From assembly GCA_001600815.1 (NCBI GenBank), contig BCKZ01000007.1, forward strand, positions 854,059 to 918,058: a DNA stretch of 64,000 nucleotides, given 5' to 3'. The notes under the pieces are model-generated. The model was given only the letters and a program-made list of their open reading frames with translations, had not been told where the DNA came from and made no database searches. Source of the DNA: Alloascoidea hylecoeti (Eukaryota). Made by a program: the position numbers and the translations under genes. The first letter of the stretch is position 1. The number at the start of each line of letters is the position of its first letter. Positions 25,401 to 38,663 of this stretch are shown here, in pieces.

Positions 25401-25626
25401 ATGTGTTTCTGTCTTCCAAACAAACAGGAGGAAACCCACGTTTACTAAGCAATGTTGCACATGAATCAATCCACTGGTTGAATTCTGTAGCAGAAACTGG
25501 TCTATAATCCACAAGTGTTTCATCGTTGATAGGAATTTGAAGTAATGGCTTTGATCCATAATGTTCAGGTAGTGCTCTCAGAAACTCATCGTAAGTAAAT
25601 AGATCATCAAGGCGAATACTCGTCAT
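22474..25626 (-). CDS. NRPS-like adenylation-thiolation-reductase (A-T-R; carboxylic acid reductase-like) enzyme
   Basis: A domain HSSGSTGFPK, YGSTEGG, DTSDLF, GRKDD..GEKV and ADKGSIKR; T domain LFKAGVDSLQA; R domain LLTGATGSLG and YGQSK. 1050 aa, intronless, shorter than Lys2. Confidence 0.92.
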   Translation of the reverse strand: MTSIRLDDLFTYDEFLRALPEHYGSKPLLQIPINDETLVDYRPVSATEFNQWIDSCATLLSKRGFPPVCLEDRNTWNVGVSVLVPAGIRLLVNQQALYRLGYSPLLTSPRLTGEIVSKLLDDFQGPKRLLYEGYAEVVNECNDTDPSIEAVKAVYFEEFSSMENIANAINFSASHEDNKGLSTRAAYFAHSSGSTGFPKLVAQSNQFVLQLIKYLSNDLTGDMIVTAPIFHMLGTHGYEGRFGQRDTVFFFNFCQPLTPNNVTKTIISQPSIKNAIMVPYTVMEMLKMEEGMNALKKLHFVGMSGGKISKEIGDEMLFTSNTRFHCMYGSTEGGVVMSSYRKTDMDWEWYTPLHGLEEYVSFVDQGDGTFELHLKEDFPMRCLCNSDDGGWDTSDLFIKHPDHDWYKYEGRKDDRVTLSTGEKVLTLPIEYRIRQSPLIKECVVFGIGKAIPGIFIIPAHKEDDTDEFLEKIWPMIADTNEKVEKFSRILKDMVIVLPYDVAYPYADKGSIKRRMFYKEFAEEIDKKYNEVESQAATMYLNKASGMSLKEINDYIMNTLNEVGVSIESSELDLFKAGVDSLQAIAVWGELHKMLYSDLKRTAIYEYPTIKDLAFYIYSLTHSGDMTLDCSLKPNSQQSGLTVKNLIEKYSDFSGIRVSDGNRYPYTADNSSEVVLLTGATGSLGAFVLRDLLLSYKVKKVYCIVRAGSKEEAQDRILKSLKIRGIDLTNEKIVDRIVGIPFELGKDGNVKDCLLSFEPEMLESLSSIIHCAWPVNFNYSLAFFEPHIKAVSDLIKLALSSKRSTPAKFIFCSSISSALMCPTTPIPEAIMDDISRSAAPMGYGQSKLASEHIIRNACSQTGIYARSARIGQIVGDTENGIWNNTEAYPLMIQSAKVLKALPALTETLSWTPVDVVADVLLDILFEGEAKEKSLGKTINGADVVYNVTTPKLVDWTRDLLPTLKKDAGLDFEVVGISEWLNLLEKSPNDAKINPTIKLLDHFDKLYNNRQNFKTPIFDTSLTEIVAPCLLQCDDVIRSGLVKKFVQGWGLI

Positions 25627-28600
25627 TTTAATTATAAATTTTAAGGTAAAAAATTGAATATGAGGTTGAAGATTTAATGGGAATTACACATTATATATCT
25701 TTATTGTTCTATGCTACGGCTGCAGAACAATATTTCTACAACTCCAATTTTTAGCTGCAATCTCCATGGTTAGAATTTAAAATATCGCGATATTCTGCAA
25801 TAACACCTGAGATATTTACATAAATTAGATAGCCTCGGTACGACAGTGCCCTAAAAATTTAATGTTTCATACACCATCAGACAATTGCAAATTATTATAT
25901 AAACTTCTATCTGAGATTGTACTGTACATAAATACAAATATGAAGTTTAAGGACTCACGATATCGTTAGATATAAAAACTGATCTACACATAGATTGTTA
26001 ATTGCAAATTCAATCGTGGTGATCAACATCTGCTAAATGAAAGATTACTCGTTAACGTTGATAGATATTGTAGACCACTACTATCGAGTTTTTATTCTTT
26101 TAAATATTAATTTATTATGGCATATGATAATCGAATTTGATTTTAAAGGCTACTTTTAATTATTGTTTCTCTATCAATATACGTAGTGAAACAGAAGTAC
26201 GCGTGTGAAAGACAACAATGAACATTGGAAAGTAGGCTTTTTAGCCAATTATAACTATTAACTGTAATGTAGTGTATAATATTATTAATCTTAAGGTTAT
26301 AGCTACCTATATCTAGATTCTATAATCATAATAAAACTACTATATATACTCATTAATTATAGAGAATGATCCAGTACTGGTGAAAGTGAAACTTATCAAT
26401 AAGTTAATCATGTAGGTCTATAACAATAAGAATGTCAATTGCAACGTACATATTAACTCTTGTTTAATCTTGACATAAGCTTATATTTTCAATTATAATC
26501 AACAACTTGGATCGGAAAACAAAACAGGTGCATTGGAAATTTGGAATAGGAGGAATTTTTGATTATATAATTAAGTTTATATTGAATTATTATTGATCTA
26601 GCCTTTAAAAAGTCTCTTTCTCTGGAACTTAGTAATATCAATTGCGAAACGATTCATAAATTCAGTTGAATAAGCGCGCCCATATTTTTGATTACGTATG
26701 CTACACTATTGCACCACTGCACACTACTAGCACTAGCTGGTAAAACGGGTTTCCGCCTTTAGTACTATAGTTGCTTGAGATGTCATTAATGATATAACAT
26801 TAATATACTATGAGTTGGAGAGCTCCATTCAATCTATAATTCGGTGGGGCCTCGCCGGTTTCGAATTTATAAGTAATTTAGTGCTTAATATATTAATTTA
26901 TTAACATTAATACTTATATTACAATTGCAATTGCAAAGATTTTAATTGCGTAGCAGAAGAATATAGGCTTATATTAATTATAAAAGTTGTTAACCTTGGT
27001 ATTAGGGCTTTGTATCCCAATTCAATGCCATAATTGAGTAGATACAATTGCAAGCTTGATCCGTGATGAATATTATTACTGATCATCAAGTGATTTTTAT
27101 TTTGGCTATTATGATTGCATCTCGTATAACTGAATGTACCTTGTATACCAAATTTTAAATAAGGAGATTCAATATAATCGACACAGGTATACAGCTGCAC
27201 TAGCGCTATAGTAAAGAAGTTCTCAATCTTCTGAGAATATTCAATTCCATTATATTTATATTAGAGGAATCTGAAGATGAAAATACCAATGAGGTCAAGG
27301 ATGTTAAGGATGAATCCTATACATATGATCTCAAAAGATTATATATTATTAATTACCATTTGAAACTATGACATCCTATATGTCTATCTATACATGTATA
27401 GCTGAGCTTAATTATAAGTTACTTTGAATTATATTTGGGATAAATGATATACACACATATTTATAATTAACAATTGAAAATTAAATTTAAACAAAAGGAG
27501 GGTCAAAAATATCATATTGGGCTTTAAGTTAAGAATACTTGTAAGTTGTGACTTATAAGCTGCTTATATTATATTATACATATCCCATTGCTTACGTATA
27601 TATAAAAGTAACTAGTATTAATGATAATCACTATATCAATAGTTCTATATAGTTAATCAAATTAAATAATAAGCATAATCACAGCTAAATTATAATATGA
27701 TTATTAGTTTAAATTTTATTGCGAAATTATAGCAAGCTAGTACGTAAATAATTAATCCATCAAATATCAATATTAATGAGTTTGTTACTGTTAATTAATA
27801 TAATCATAGCTATTTTAATCACTTTATCTGTATATAGCTAAAAAAAATATAAAATATTTACAATTAATGGATCAATTATTGACTGGAATTCAATCAACTT
27901 TAAATTTAAATTTCCGATCGGAAGATAGTACCATCATGATCATGATTGTGAGTAATGAACAAATAGTTCAAATGATTATAATTACAATTGTAATATAAAT
28001 CTCACAATATTAATATTAATTGGTAATTTGGAATATGTTTCGAGTTCAGCTAGAACAGAAGAAAAATAAAACCGCTCATTATTGTTAACGTCATATTTTT
28101 TTTTTTTTATATAGATTTGCTATAATTTTACCTCGGTTAAAACTTAACATATATACCGGTCCTATAGGCCTATATGAATATATAACTACATGTATGATTA
28201 ATAGATAACAAAATAACAAGACTGTCTTACAATTAACTGAAACCAAATAAATATAATTATATAATAACCGTGGATGGACCATAATAGTCAGCTGGGCTTT
28301 CAACGTTAACGTTAACTTTATATTTGAATTCAGAATTGCATATAGAGAACATGAAAATATTTATTATCAAAATTTGACAATCTTCCAATATATCTGCGAG
28401 TTATCCCACAAAGCAATCTCTATAAAACGATATATTTCCACTGTGAATTTGGAGGACTTCGGCAGATGTGTGGGTGTTGTATCGACATAGGATAATCTTT
28501 TGAAGATACTTAGTGTACGCTCAGGCTTAAAGTTAAATGATAATTAGCCAATTTTACAATATAATTTGGTGGAAATTAACTAACCACTTACATGTATGCA

Positions 28601-29036
28601 TAACATTGAATACCAGTTTTATATACAAAAAGATAAATAGCTCTATAGCTACACTATATCATGATGTCATAACGACATTCCTCAGGTTACTGAGCTAAAT
28701 TGACACAAAATATGTATGAAAGGTGTATAGCTTTGGCAGTACATGTAAACAAATTATGAAGCGAATTATATTGTGAAAAAATTCCGAATATAATTTCATA
28801 TTTTCACACCAATACTTCACAATTCCTTTGTGTATATAAAATGGCACCTAAGCCATTTCTTGTGATTATGGATCTTGAGCATCTAGTATTCATCACTTTA
28901 ATTTTGGTCCAAGAAAAGACCGTTTTCATTTACTTGTAAAAGTGGTTTGGCATATATTTTACCCGGACATGGCGAATATATGGCCACGGTGTTTTATCTT
29001 GAACAACTACTTTTATTACACAAATATTTATTCAAA

Positions 29037-29467
29037 ATGGTATGCTTAGCCTATTACATTGAAATACCGAAGAGTTTGACAACAATGGTTCAGTTACAAT
29101 ATATATTAACTAGTGACTAGGCTCAAACACCAAGACAGCGCATTGCTAATGAGAAATACGCCAAAAAAATTCAGAAGCAACATGGAAAGAAACACGTTGA
29201 GAAAAATACAACTAAGATGCCTATATCAAAAGGATGGTTTGGTAAGTAGAATATATCTTCAATTCAGCTGTTTGTCCCAGTTTTGGTATATGTTTTGTGT
29301 GTGGTTGTCAAATAATAATATACAATTGCAATAGCAAGATGCCCTTTATGTGAAACAACATGAATAAAAAATCAATAAATTATTAACATTGTTTCTTAGC
29401 TCTTTTGGCGTTCTTAATTGCTGGAGGCGGTGTCTTTGAAATCCTTCGACTTTTTGGGTTGTTTTAA
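29037..29467 (+). CDS. YSY6: RAMP4/Ysy6 ribosome-associated ER membrane protein, 3 exons (29037-29039, 29121-29241, 29400-29467); missed by the ORF track
   Basis: Introns GTATGC..TAG and GTAAGT..TAG give MAQTPRQRIANEKYAKKIQKQHGKKHVEKNTTKMPISKGWFALLAFLIAGGGVFEILRLFGLF*. Confidence 0.9.
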
Positions 29468-29753
29468 AAAAGATTTATAAAATTTGTTAATAGACGTGTA
29501 TTTCAACTTGATTGTTTTATTCTTTTTTTTTTTGTTATGTTTAATTGAATACAGTGTTTTGCGTTCATATCGACCACTTGTTGACCTGTATATTCGCCCA
29601 CATGTTAAATTAATAATTTGACCATATGGTGTAAAAAAATTCGATAATATCTTGTAATTGCGGCCACATGTAAATATTGTTGCATGTTATAATGTTGATA
29701 TTGTAATTTTTGAAAGGATATAAGGATGGTTCACTGGCTATGGAATTATTAAA

Positions 29754-29876
29754 CAAAACATGCTCAAGACCGGCCTTTCAAAAACTTGAAGGGCGTTAAA
29801 ATTTCAATGGGGAAATATCTTTCTTCTAATATAACACCCTTCAAGATTTTGAAGGACTGGTATTGAGTATGTTTTG
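29754..29876. repeat. Imperfect palindrome with ~50-bp arms (MITE-like hairpin)
   Basis: CAAAACATGCTCAAGACCGGCCTTTCAAAAACTTGAAGGGCGTTA versus the reverse complement of TAACACCCTTCAAGATTTTGAAGGACTGGTATTGAGTATGTTTTG. Confidence 0.85.
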
Positions 29877-30108
29877 CTGTAAAGGTGGCCGAAATTGAGT
29901 GAGATGACTGGTCGAATATTATTGCATCGTGTTGCCGAATTATTAGCTGAATGTAGACGAATACATTAGTGCAAAACAGAGCTTAAAAATATGGCACGTG
30001 ACATACACGTGCTTATAACTGACCAACCAGCGGGTCTGAATTATATCACAGTAATGCTTTTAACTCTGAATTATTTGAAATCTCCTACCAGCCGGCTGAA
30101 GTCAAAAA

Positions 30109-31242
30109 ATGCTCAAGTATACAACAAATTTGGTGAGAACCACAGGTTCTTTGGCTTCGATAGCAAGCAAACGAACTGTCTACAATAGTGCTCTCACTAG
30201 TGATATTAACATCACGAAAACAGGTAAAACTCTTCTTTCTGTAGGTTCTGGAGGAAGGTCTTCAAGAACTGGTTATACTGCAACTGTTTTTGGTGCCAGT
30301 GGCTTCATTGGTAGATATTTAACCAGTAAACTAGCTCGACATGGTACTATCACTGTGATTCCATTTAGGGACGAAATGAAGAAAAGATTTTTAAAAGTTT
30401 CTGGAGATTTAGGTGTTGTAAACTTTTTGGAATTTGATATTAGGAATCTGGAATCAATTGATGAAGCATGCCGTCATTCAGATATTGTCTTCAATTTAAT
30501 GGGAACGGAGGTTGATTCAAAGAATTTCACATATAATGATGTTAATATTGAAGGTGCTAGAAGAGTTGCACAAGCTGCCAAAGACAATGGTGTTCCAAGA
30601 TTGGTTCATGTTTCTTCTTATAATGCTGACATCAATTCAACCTCGGAATTTTATTCATCAAAGGGATATGGTGAGTTAGTAGTCAAAGATATATTCCCTG
30701 ATGCTACTATTGTCAGACCAGGCCCTGTTTATGGAAGAGAAGATCATTTGCTTAATGAAATAGCTCCTCCACGATTATTTTCATGCAATAATGATCAAGC
30801 TTCAATTTACCCAGTTCATGTTATGGATATTGCAAGAGCATTGGAAATTATCGGTTACAATGATGCAACAGCTGGCCAAACTTTTGAATTATCTGGTCCA
30901 GAAAAATATACCATTAGAGAACTTGCCAACTATGTCTGTAATGTAAGTTTAAGAGAATACTCTGTTATGGATGTACCAAAACCTGTTATGAAAGCAGCTG
31001 CTCTCCTTTTAAATAAAATTGTTTACTGGAGAACAATCACTCCTGATCTTGTTGAAAGGCAATTCATTGATCAAGTAATTGATCCAAGCGCAAAGACGTT
31101 CACTGATTTGGGTATGACAAGTGCTAAATTTGATGAATGGATCTTCCATTATTGCAAATACTTAAGACCACAATATAATTTGCATGATTTACCACCAACA
31201 GAGCAAGAATTGAAAGAATTGAAAGCGCAGGCATTGTCCTAA
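30109..31242 (+). CDS. NDUFA9: NADH:ubiquinone oxidoreductase 39/40-kDa subunit (NDUFA9/NUEM)
   Basis: Presequence followed by GGRSSRTGYTATVFGASGFIGRY and LKVSGDLG; atypical SDR fold. Confidence 0.95.
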   Translation: MLKYTTNLVRTTGSLASIASKRTVYNSALTSDINITKTGKTLLSVGSGGRSSRTGYTATVFGASGFIGRYLTSKLARHGTITVIPFRDEMKKRFLKVSGDLGVVNFLEFDIRNLESIDEACRHSDIVFNLMGTEVDSKNFTYNDVNIEGARRVAQAAKDNGVPRLVHVSSYNADINSTSEFYSSKGYGELVVKDIFPDATIVRPGPVYGREDHLLNEIAPPRLFSCNNDQASIYPVHVMDIARALEIIGYNDATAGQTFELSGPEKYTIRELANYVCNVSLREYSVMDVPKPVMKAAALLLNKIVYWRTITPDLVERQFIDQVIDPSAKTFTDLGMTSAKFDEWIFHYCKYLRPQYNLHDLPPTEQELKELKAQALS

Positions 31243-31426
31243 TAGATAAATATATTTCATTTGAATCCAGGGGGACTGAATATAACTATATTATTACGGA
31301 GAAAAAGCAAACATTTCAAGAAAAAAAATAGAATATTTAAGGGTACTTTAACGTTGCATATGTAACCTCGATATTTATTGATTCATCATATCTATATATT
31401 AATAATGATAATATATAAAAGTTTTA

Positions 31427-32277
31427 TTACTCTAGATTCGTATAGAAGACTTTATAAGCATTATCTAAATCAAATAGTAATTGCCGGGCATCTTCGTCAC
31501 TAATGTTTTCATTTGCTTTCATTTGATTTAATTTAATTAGCCATTGTACGATTTTACCTCTTCCCTCGAAATCTTGATTCGTTACCTTGTTAACACTGGT
31601 AATCAGTTCACTTAACAATGGATGAAGTTGATCCTTTGCTTTGTAGTTAAGTTTTAAAGCATCCATACAAGTGATAAAGTTCTATCATACTAAGGTTAGT
31701 TAATAGTTCAAATGATTATACGGGTAGAAGGTTGACTTACACCTGTAGCTTCAGCAACTGCTCTTGCTGAGGCACCATTTCCACCTCCGCCAACCGTTTT
31801 CCCATTACCTACTGAAACTGGCTGGATTGATTGTTCAACAGTTGCAGGTACACCAATCTTTAGTCTAGAGGTTGCTGAAGGATAGTCGATCTTTTAATAA
31901 AAGTTAATACATTTAAGAATGAAATATATCTTAGAAACAATACAACTTACATTATATTTCTCTTTAAACTTCTCTAGACTTTCAAATTCACTTGCAACAT
32001 TCTCATTTTTTAAAAGTGTATTCCACTGTGCTAATAATCTCAAACAAGTTGAAGTATATTCATCATGATCTTTAATTATATCTCTAATATAACATTTTTC
32101 TAGAAAATCTAATGTAACGATTATACTGTAAAGTTCAGCTAAGGATTCATATATTTCTCGTTGTTGAGTTGATTCATATAACTTTAAAGGTTCATCGAGG
32201 TTTATTTTCGACCGAGTAATTGTAGAAAATGATGGATGGGAGAGTGTTGAGGTTGGGGCGTAGGGGGGGATAGACAT
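31427..32277 (-). CDS. VPS28: ESCRT-I subunit Vps28, 3 exons (32277-31951, 31890-31741, 31681-31427)
   Basis: ESLAELYSIIVTLDFLEKCYIRD / RLKIGVPATVE...AVAEATG / NFITCMDALKLNYKAKDQLHPLL. Introns are GTAAGT..AAG and GTAAGT..TAG. Confidence 0.95.
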
Positions 32278-33361
32278 TTAGCTATGGATATTGAATAAAG
32301 AAGTTTATCTTGATGCTATATCTAGAAGTTTGGAGGTTGGGCTTGAATTGAGAAGCAGCCAATTTTGGCGTGAAAATAAGAGTGAACATTGACACCTCAG
32401 TGCAAGAGCTATTCGAGATAAATTTACAATTGCAATTGAACTTATTCATTCACACTATTACTGGTATAATCTAAAAAAAGAGAGTAAATATATTCTAATT
32501 TTACAATGCTAACTTAATAAAATATAAAATTTATTTAAACAATACAGCCCTCTCTATAATATTATATTTCCCCATTAAAAATTCAAATATAAAAATAACC
32601 AAAAAATAAAAATTGAAATTCTCGGAATAAACTGTGCATCATCATATATTTATATGAATCTTTTCTTTTCTTGTACTTTTTAAAATCCATCCGAGGTATT
32701 GCAATATATCATATCATACACATGCCCCATAATCAAAAGATAACAATAATTAAAAAAAAAAAAAAAAGATAGAAAAAGAGAGATAGAAAAAGAAAGAATA
32801 TGAGATAGAAAAAGAAAGAATATGAGATATAAAATATCAATAAAAAATATATCTAAAAATATAGTTAATATAATATGCAAACATGATAATAATTTTAAAC
32901 AACCAAAAATATAAAATGAAACAAACCCATAATTATGTGAGAAACAAAACCATGAAAATTTTAGTATGGAATCATCATATCATATCATATTAACTTTAAC
33001 AATAATTGTATGAATAAATAAAAAGATTAATCAATAAAAAAATAAAAAGAGAAGTGGAACATTGACAAACAGATATGACAAATATGTTGTTGTGTATAAT
33101 ATAATAAGTAAACTAGCAAAACAAAAAAAAAATCAACTTTAAACAGAACAAAAATTCAAAATAAATAAACTTACTTATGAATAATAAGAAAGTTCAAATT
33201 TTTTTCTTTTTGATATCAAAAAAAAAATGAGTAAATAGCAAGCTTTGAGGAAAGTAGAATATTAATAAAACATGAGTAGACTGTGCTCACATTCCGAAAT
33301 AATTGAGTTCAGGAGAAAATCCAAAGGTCGAAAAATGAACAGCAAAAATTAGAGAAGAAGT

Positions 33362-35344
<1,983 letters not shown>

Positions 35345-35488
35345 TTAGAAAAGTGAAAAAATTTGTGAAAAAAAAAAGAAAAGGTAGTGGCAAAAACGGT
35401 CGTTGTGTATTGTGCGTTTGTGGTACAATTGCATACGCCGTTGGCACGTTTATGCGCTTATATAACTTTTACATAACTTCTAAATTTA

Positions 35489-36837
35489 TCATCTTTCCAA
35501 TGCTCCTTTTGAAGGAAATGACGGAAATAAACTGGGATCTTTTGCCCTCGGCTCTTCTTGGAAATACCAATGTTTTAGGGCCTCTTTGGCAGTTATCCGC
35601 TTTGACGGGTCCATTGTTAATAATCTGTCTAGTAAATTCTTAGTTCCATCAGATAACGATGAAGATATGGTATCACTAACCAAACGTAATATTGCGTTAT
35701 CGTGATTGTGTCCATGTTTTAAGAACGTTTGATTGACCAGCCTGCTGTCAAACGTTTCACTGTAGTTTTTCCAGTGTAAATCCGATGGAATACCCAACTT
35801 ATCGAAGATTTTGCTTAATTGATCTAGTTCATTAGTACCCGAGAAGAGCGGTTTCTTAGTTATCAATTCGGCAAATATACAACCAACAGACCACATGTCA
35901 ATAGCAGAGGAATAATCAGTTTGCTGGTTTTTATTTTGATATTCATTCAATAATAATTCAGGTGCGCTGAAAAGGGAAAATGTTAGAATTAATTACAAGT
36001 ATATTTGATAAGGTATTCTTACTTACCGATACCAAAGAGATACCACCAATGATGTTTTATTAACCTCATGCTTGCTCATGAAACGGCTTAACCCAAAGTC
36101 GGCAATTTTAAGATATCCATCATTTGTAAGTAATAAGTTTGATGTTTTTAAATCTCGATGTACAAATGAACAAGAATGAATTTCAGCTACTCCACTTAAC
36201 AATTGATACATTAATGCTTTGATCTCCGATGCAAGGAAAGGGGTACTCATTTCAGCTATTAAAGAACGTAAATCATGTTGGATGAAGTCCATAACGATGT
36301 AAACACTATATTTTTAAAATCAAAGTGTCAAGTTAGTATGATATTATCTGAAAATATGATGATATATGCTTACTCTGATGGTTTATTCCCAATGACAATC
36401 TCCCTTAAATTTACGATATTCTTATGCTTAAACCTCAACAATGCTGCAATTTCCCGTAAACTAGAAATGCAAAACTCTGAGCTGTGTCTATTAACCTTCA
36501 GTTTCTTTAAAGCAATTATATCTCCAGTTATTTTGTCCTTGGCTCTAGTCACTATTCCATAGGTACCCTCCTCGATAAAATTAAGTCGTTCATATCGAGA
36601 TATAGACCCACATGGCTTAAATGATCCAGAAGGTAAATTTATTATATATTTTTCTTCAAACTCTCGATCTAGGATTAATGGGGGTTGTTCATCTTCTATT
36701 GTTATTATCTCTGAAGCCTTTTTATTATTGATATTATCCTTTTTATTTTCATGTTTCTGTTTCTTTTTGGGTCGTGATTGGTCTATAACAGTATTTGAAC
36801 TTGCCCATCTTGTTTTTTTAAGGGTAGAATTATCCAT
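35489..36837 (-). CDS. CDK11/PITSLRE-like protein kinase, 3 exons (36837-36374, 36305-36027, 35966-35489)
   Basis: YERLNFIEEGTYGIV, ALKKLK...FCISSLREI, HRDLKTSNLL, DFGLSR, VSLWYRAPELLL and the C-terminal PSLFPSFPSKG typical of CDK11. Introns are GTAAGC..TAG and GTAAGT..CAG. Confidence 0.85.
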
Positions 36838-37063
36838 TTCTTGTTTTCAACTCCTGATCATGAACAGCCAGACTCTGATATTTACTTAATTATTCATGTA
36901 TTTATGTATTCGTGGGTAAGTTTTAATTTTTATAGATGTCATCAAAATGGTGCATGCAGACCCAAAAGAACTGAAAAAAATTACACACTTTAAAATTCAA
37001 GCGTTATTTGATTTTTTTGTCCTCTCCGGAGTTCTATGTAAGCAACCACATTTTTCATTGGGA

Positions 37064-38416
37064 ATGAGGAAAACATGTCCTAGCTTTTTAAAAACTGCTT
37101 ATTCTGGTGTAAAGTTAAAACAAACAAACAGATTTAAACTCATTAATCCCGGAGGTCCAAGATATATTTCAAGCAATTATCATTACTCACGAACATACAC
37201 TTCAACAATATCTCCGCTGTTGAAGAAGAATTTAGAGCAAAATATAGGATATAGAGGCTCCAAATCTATCAGTTATTCATCACTTCTACGAAAAACTGAT
37301 CCAGATGCTGATTCAAATGAAATAAACGACGGCGTTGCTAAATCATTAGATGATACAATGCTAGAGCGAAGCCTTTCAACCAAACCAGTTGCAACTCTTG
37401 AAAGACTTCGATGTACAGTATTTGACTCGACTGGAAACGTTACTGTTGTATCTGGTGAATTTAATAGATCAGAACTCCTTTCAAAGCACGGTTTACTTCC
37501 ACGCGATTTAAGGAAAATTGATAAAGTTGGGAATGAAATTGTTCCTACTATTCTAGTTCGAACAAACTCAATATTAATAAGTTTATTACACATAAGAGCA
37601 TTAATTAAAGCTGATATGGTTATATTATTTAATTTGCTTGGTTCAACTGATAGCCATACACAAAGTGTATTTATGTATGATTTGGAAGGAAAATTAAAAC
37701 AATCATCTCAAGAACATTCTAATTCATTGCCATACGAATTTTGTGCATTGGAAGCTGTTTTCATAAGTGTAATTCAATCATTGGATGCAGAAATGAGAGT
37801 TCATACTACTGTTATAAATGGTATATTGGCAGAATTGGAAGATCATATTGATAGAGAAAAGTTACGATTCTTATTAATACAAAGTAAAAAATTAACAACT
37901 TTTTTTCAAAAGACAACTTTAATAAGAGATATTTTGGATGATTTGTTGGAACAAGATGATGATTTAGCTGAAATGTATCTAACAGAAAAGTCGAAAGGAA
38001 TTCCAAGAGATACTCATGATCATGCAGAGGTTGAAATGTTATTAGAAACATACTATAAACATTGTGATGAAATTGTTCAAACAGTTGGAAATTTAATATC
38101 AAATATTAGAAGCACTGAAGAGATCGTTAATATTATTTTGGATTCTAATAGAAATAGATTAATGTTATTGGGATTACGATTCTCAATCGGTACTTTAGCA
38201 TTAGGTGTTGGGACGTTTATTGCTTCATTATATGGAATGAATTTAAAGAATTTTATAGAAGAGTCTGATTTTGCATTTTTTGGAGTAAGTGCGGTTTGTG
38301 GTATTATAACGATAGCCGTACTGTTGCATAGTTTGAAGATTTTAAGAGGTATGCAGAAAGTAACGATGATGGACAAAAGTTCTAAAGGGAAGCGGAAAAA
38401 GAGGATGAATATTTGA
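37064..38416 (+). CDS. MRS2: Mitochondrial CorA-family Mg2+ transporter (Mrs2/Mfm1-Lpe10)
   Basis: LRCTVFD, HGLLPRDLRKID, LPYEFCALEA and YGMNLKN motifs with two TM helices. The start could instead be the upstream ATG at 36947. MRS2 versus MFM1 paralogue is not resolved. Confidence 0.85.
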   Translation: MRKTCPSFLKTAYSGVKLKQTNRFKLINPGGPRYISSNYHYSRTYTSTISPLLKKNLEQNIGYRGSKSISYSSLLRKTDPDADSNEINDGVAKSLDDTMLERSLSTKPVATLERLRCTVFDSTGNVTVVSGEFNRSELLSKHGLLPRDLRKIDKVGNEIVPTILVRTNSILISLLHIRALIKADMVILFNLLGSTDSHTQSVFMYDLEGKLKQSSQEHSNSLPYEFCALEAVFISVIQSLDAEMRVHTTVINGILAELEDHIDREKLRFLLIQSKKLTTFFQKTTLIRDILDDLLEQDDDLAEMYLTEKSKGIPRDTHDHAEVEMLLETYYKHCDEIVQTVGNLISNIRSTEEIVNIILDSNRNRLMLLGLRFSIGTLALGVGTFIASLYGMNLKNFIEESDFAFFGVSAVCGIITIAVLLHSLKILRGMQKVTMMDKSSKGKRKKRMNI

Positions 38417-38578
38417 TATAACTTAATACCCATAAACATGTGAAATTTATCATTGAATTACCTGTCGCATTTGTATATATTGACTATAAACTGTATATAA
38501 TATTAACATAAATCAATTATATCGTATAGTTTTAAGATTTCTTTCTTATTTATAGAGTTTTTAAATTTTGATATTGTG

Positions 38579-38586
38579 CCGGGTAA
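38579..38586 (+). promoter_or_regulatory. Reb1-like site CCGGGTAA upstream of NUG1 (also at 28959, 41171, 52315; variant at 50121)
   Basis: The exact TTACCCGG/CCGGGTAA octamer lies ~60-100 bp upstream of the YSY6, NUG1, TMA20/kinase and RPS1 starts. Binding is inferred from the S. cerevisiae Reb1 motif. Confidence 0.6.
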
Positions 38587-38663
38587 CTTTTCACTAATAT
38601 GAATATTTTTTCAAGTTTTTTCATCTAAAATTTTGATAATATTTTGATAATTCTTCAGCAAAA

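Noticed and set aside
14979..25626. Secondary-metabolite cluster of DUF1479 plus the NRPS-like gene
   Set aside because: The two are separated by pseudogenes and a Far1/Ste5-like gene, with no transporter or regulator nearby; kept only as a remark.
32680..33300. A-rich repeats and a hydrophobic ORF downstream of DED1
   Set aside because: Low-complexity sequence, probably the U-rich DED1 3' UTR.
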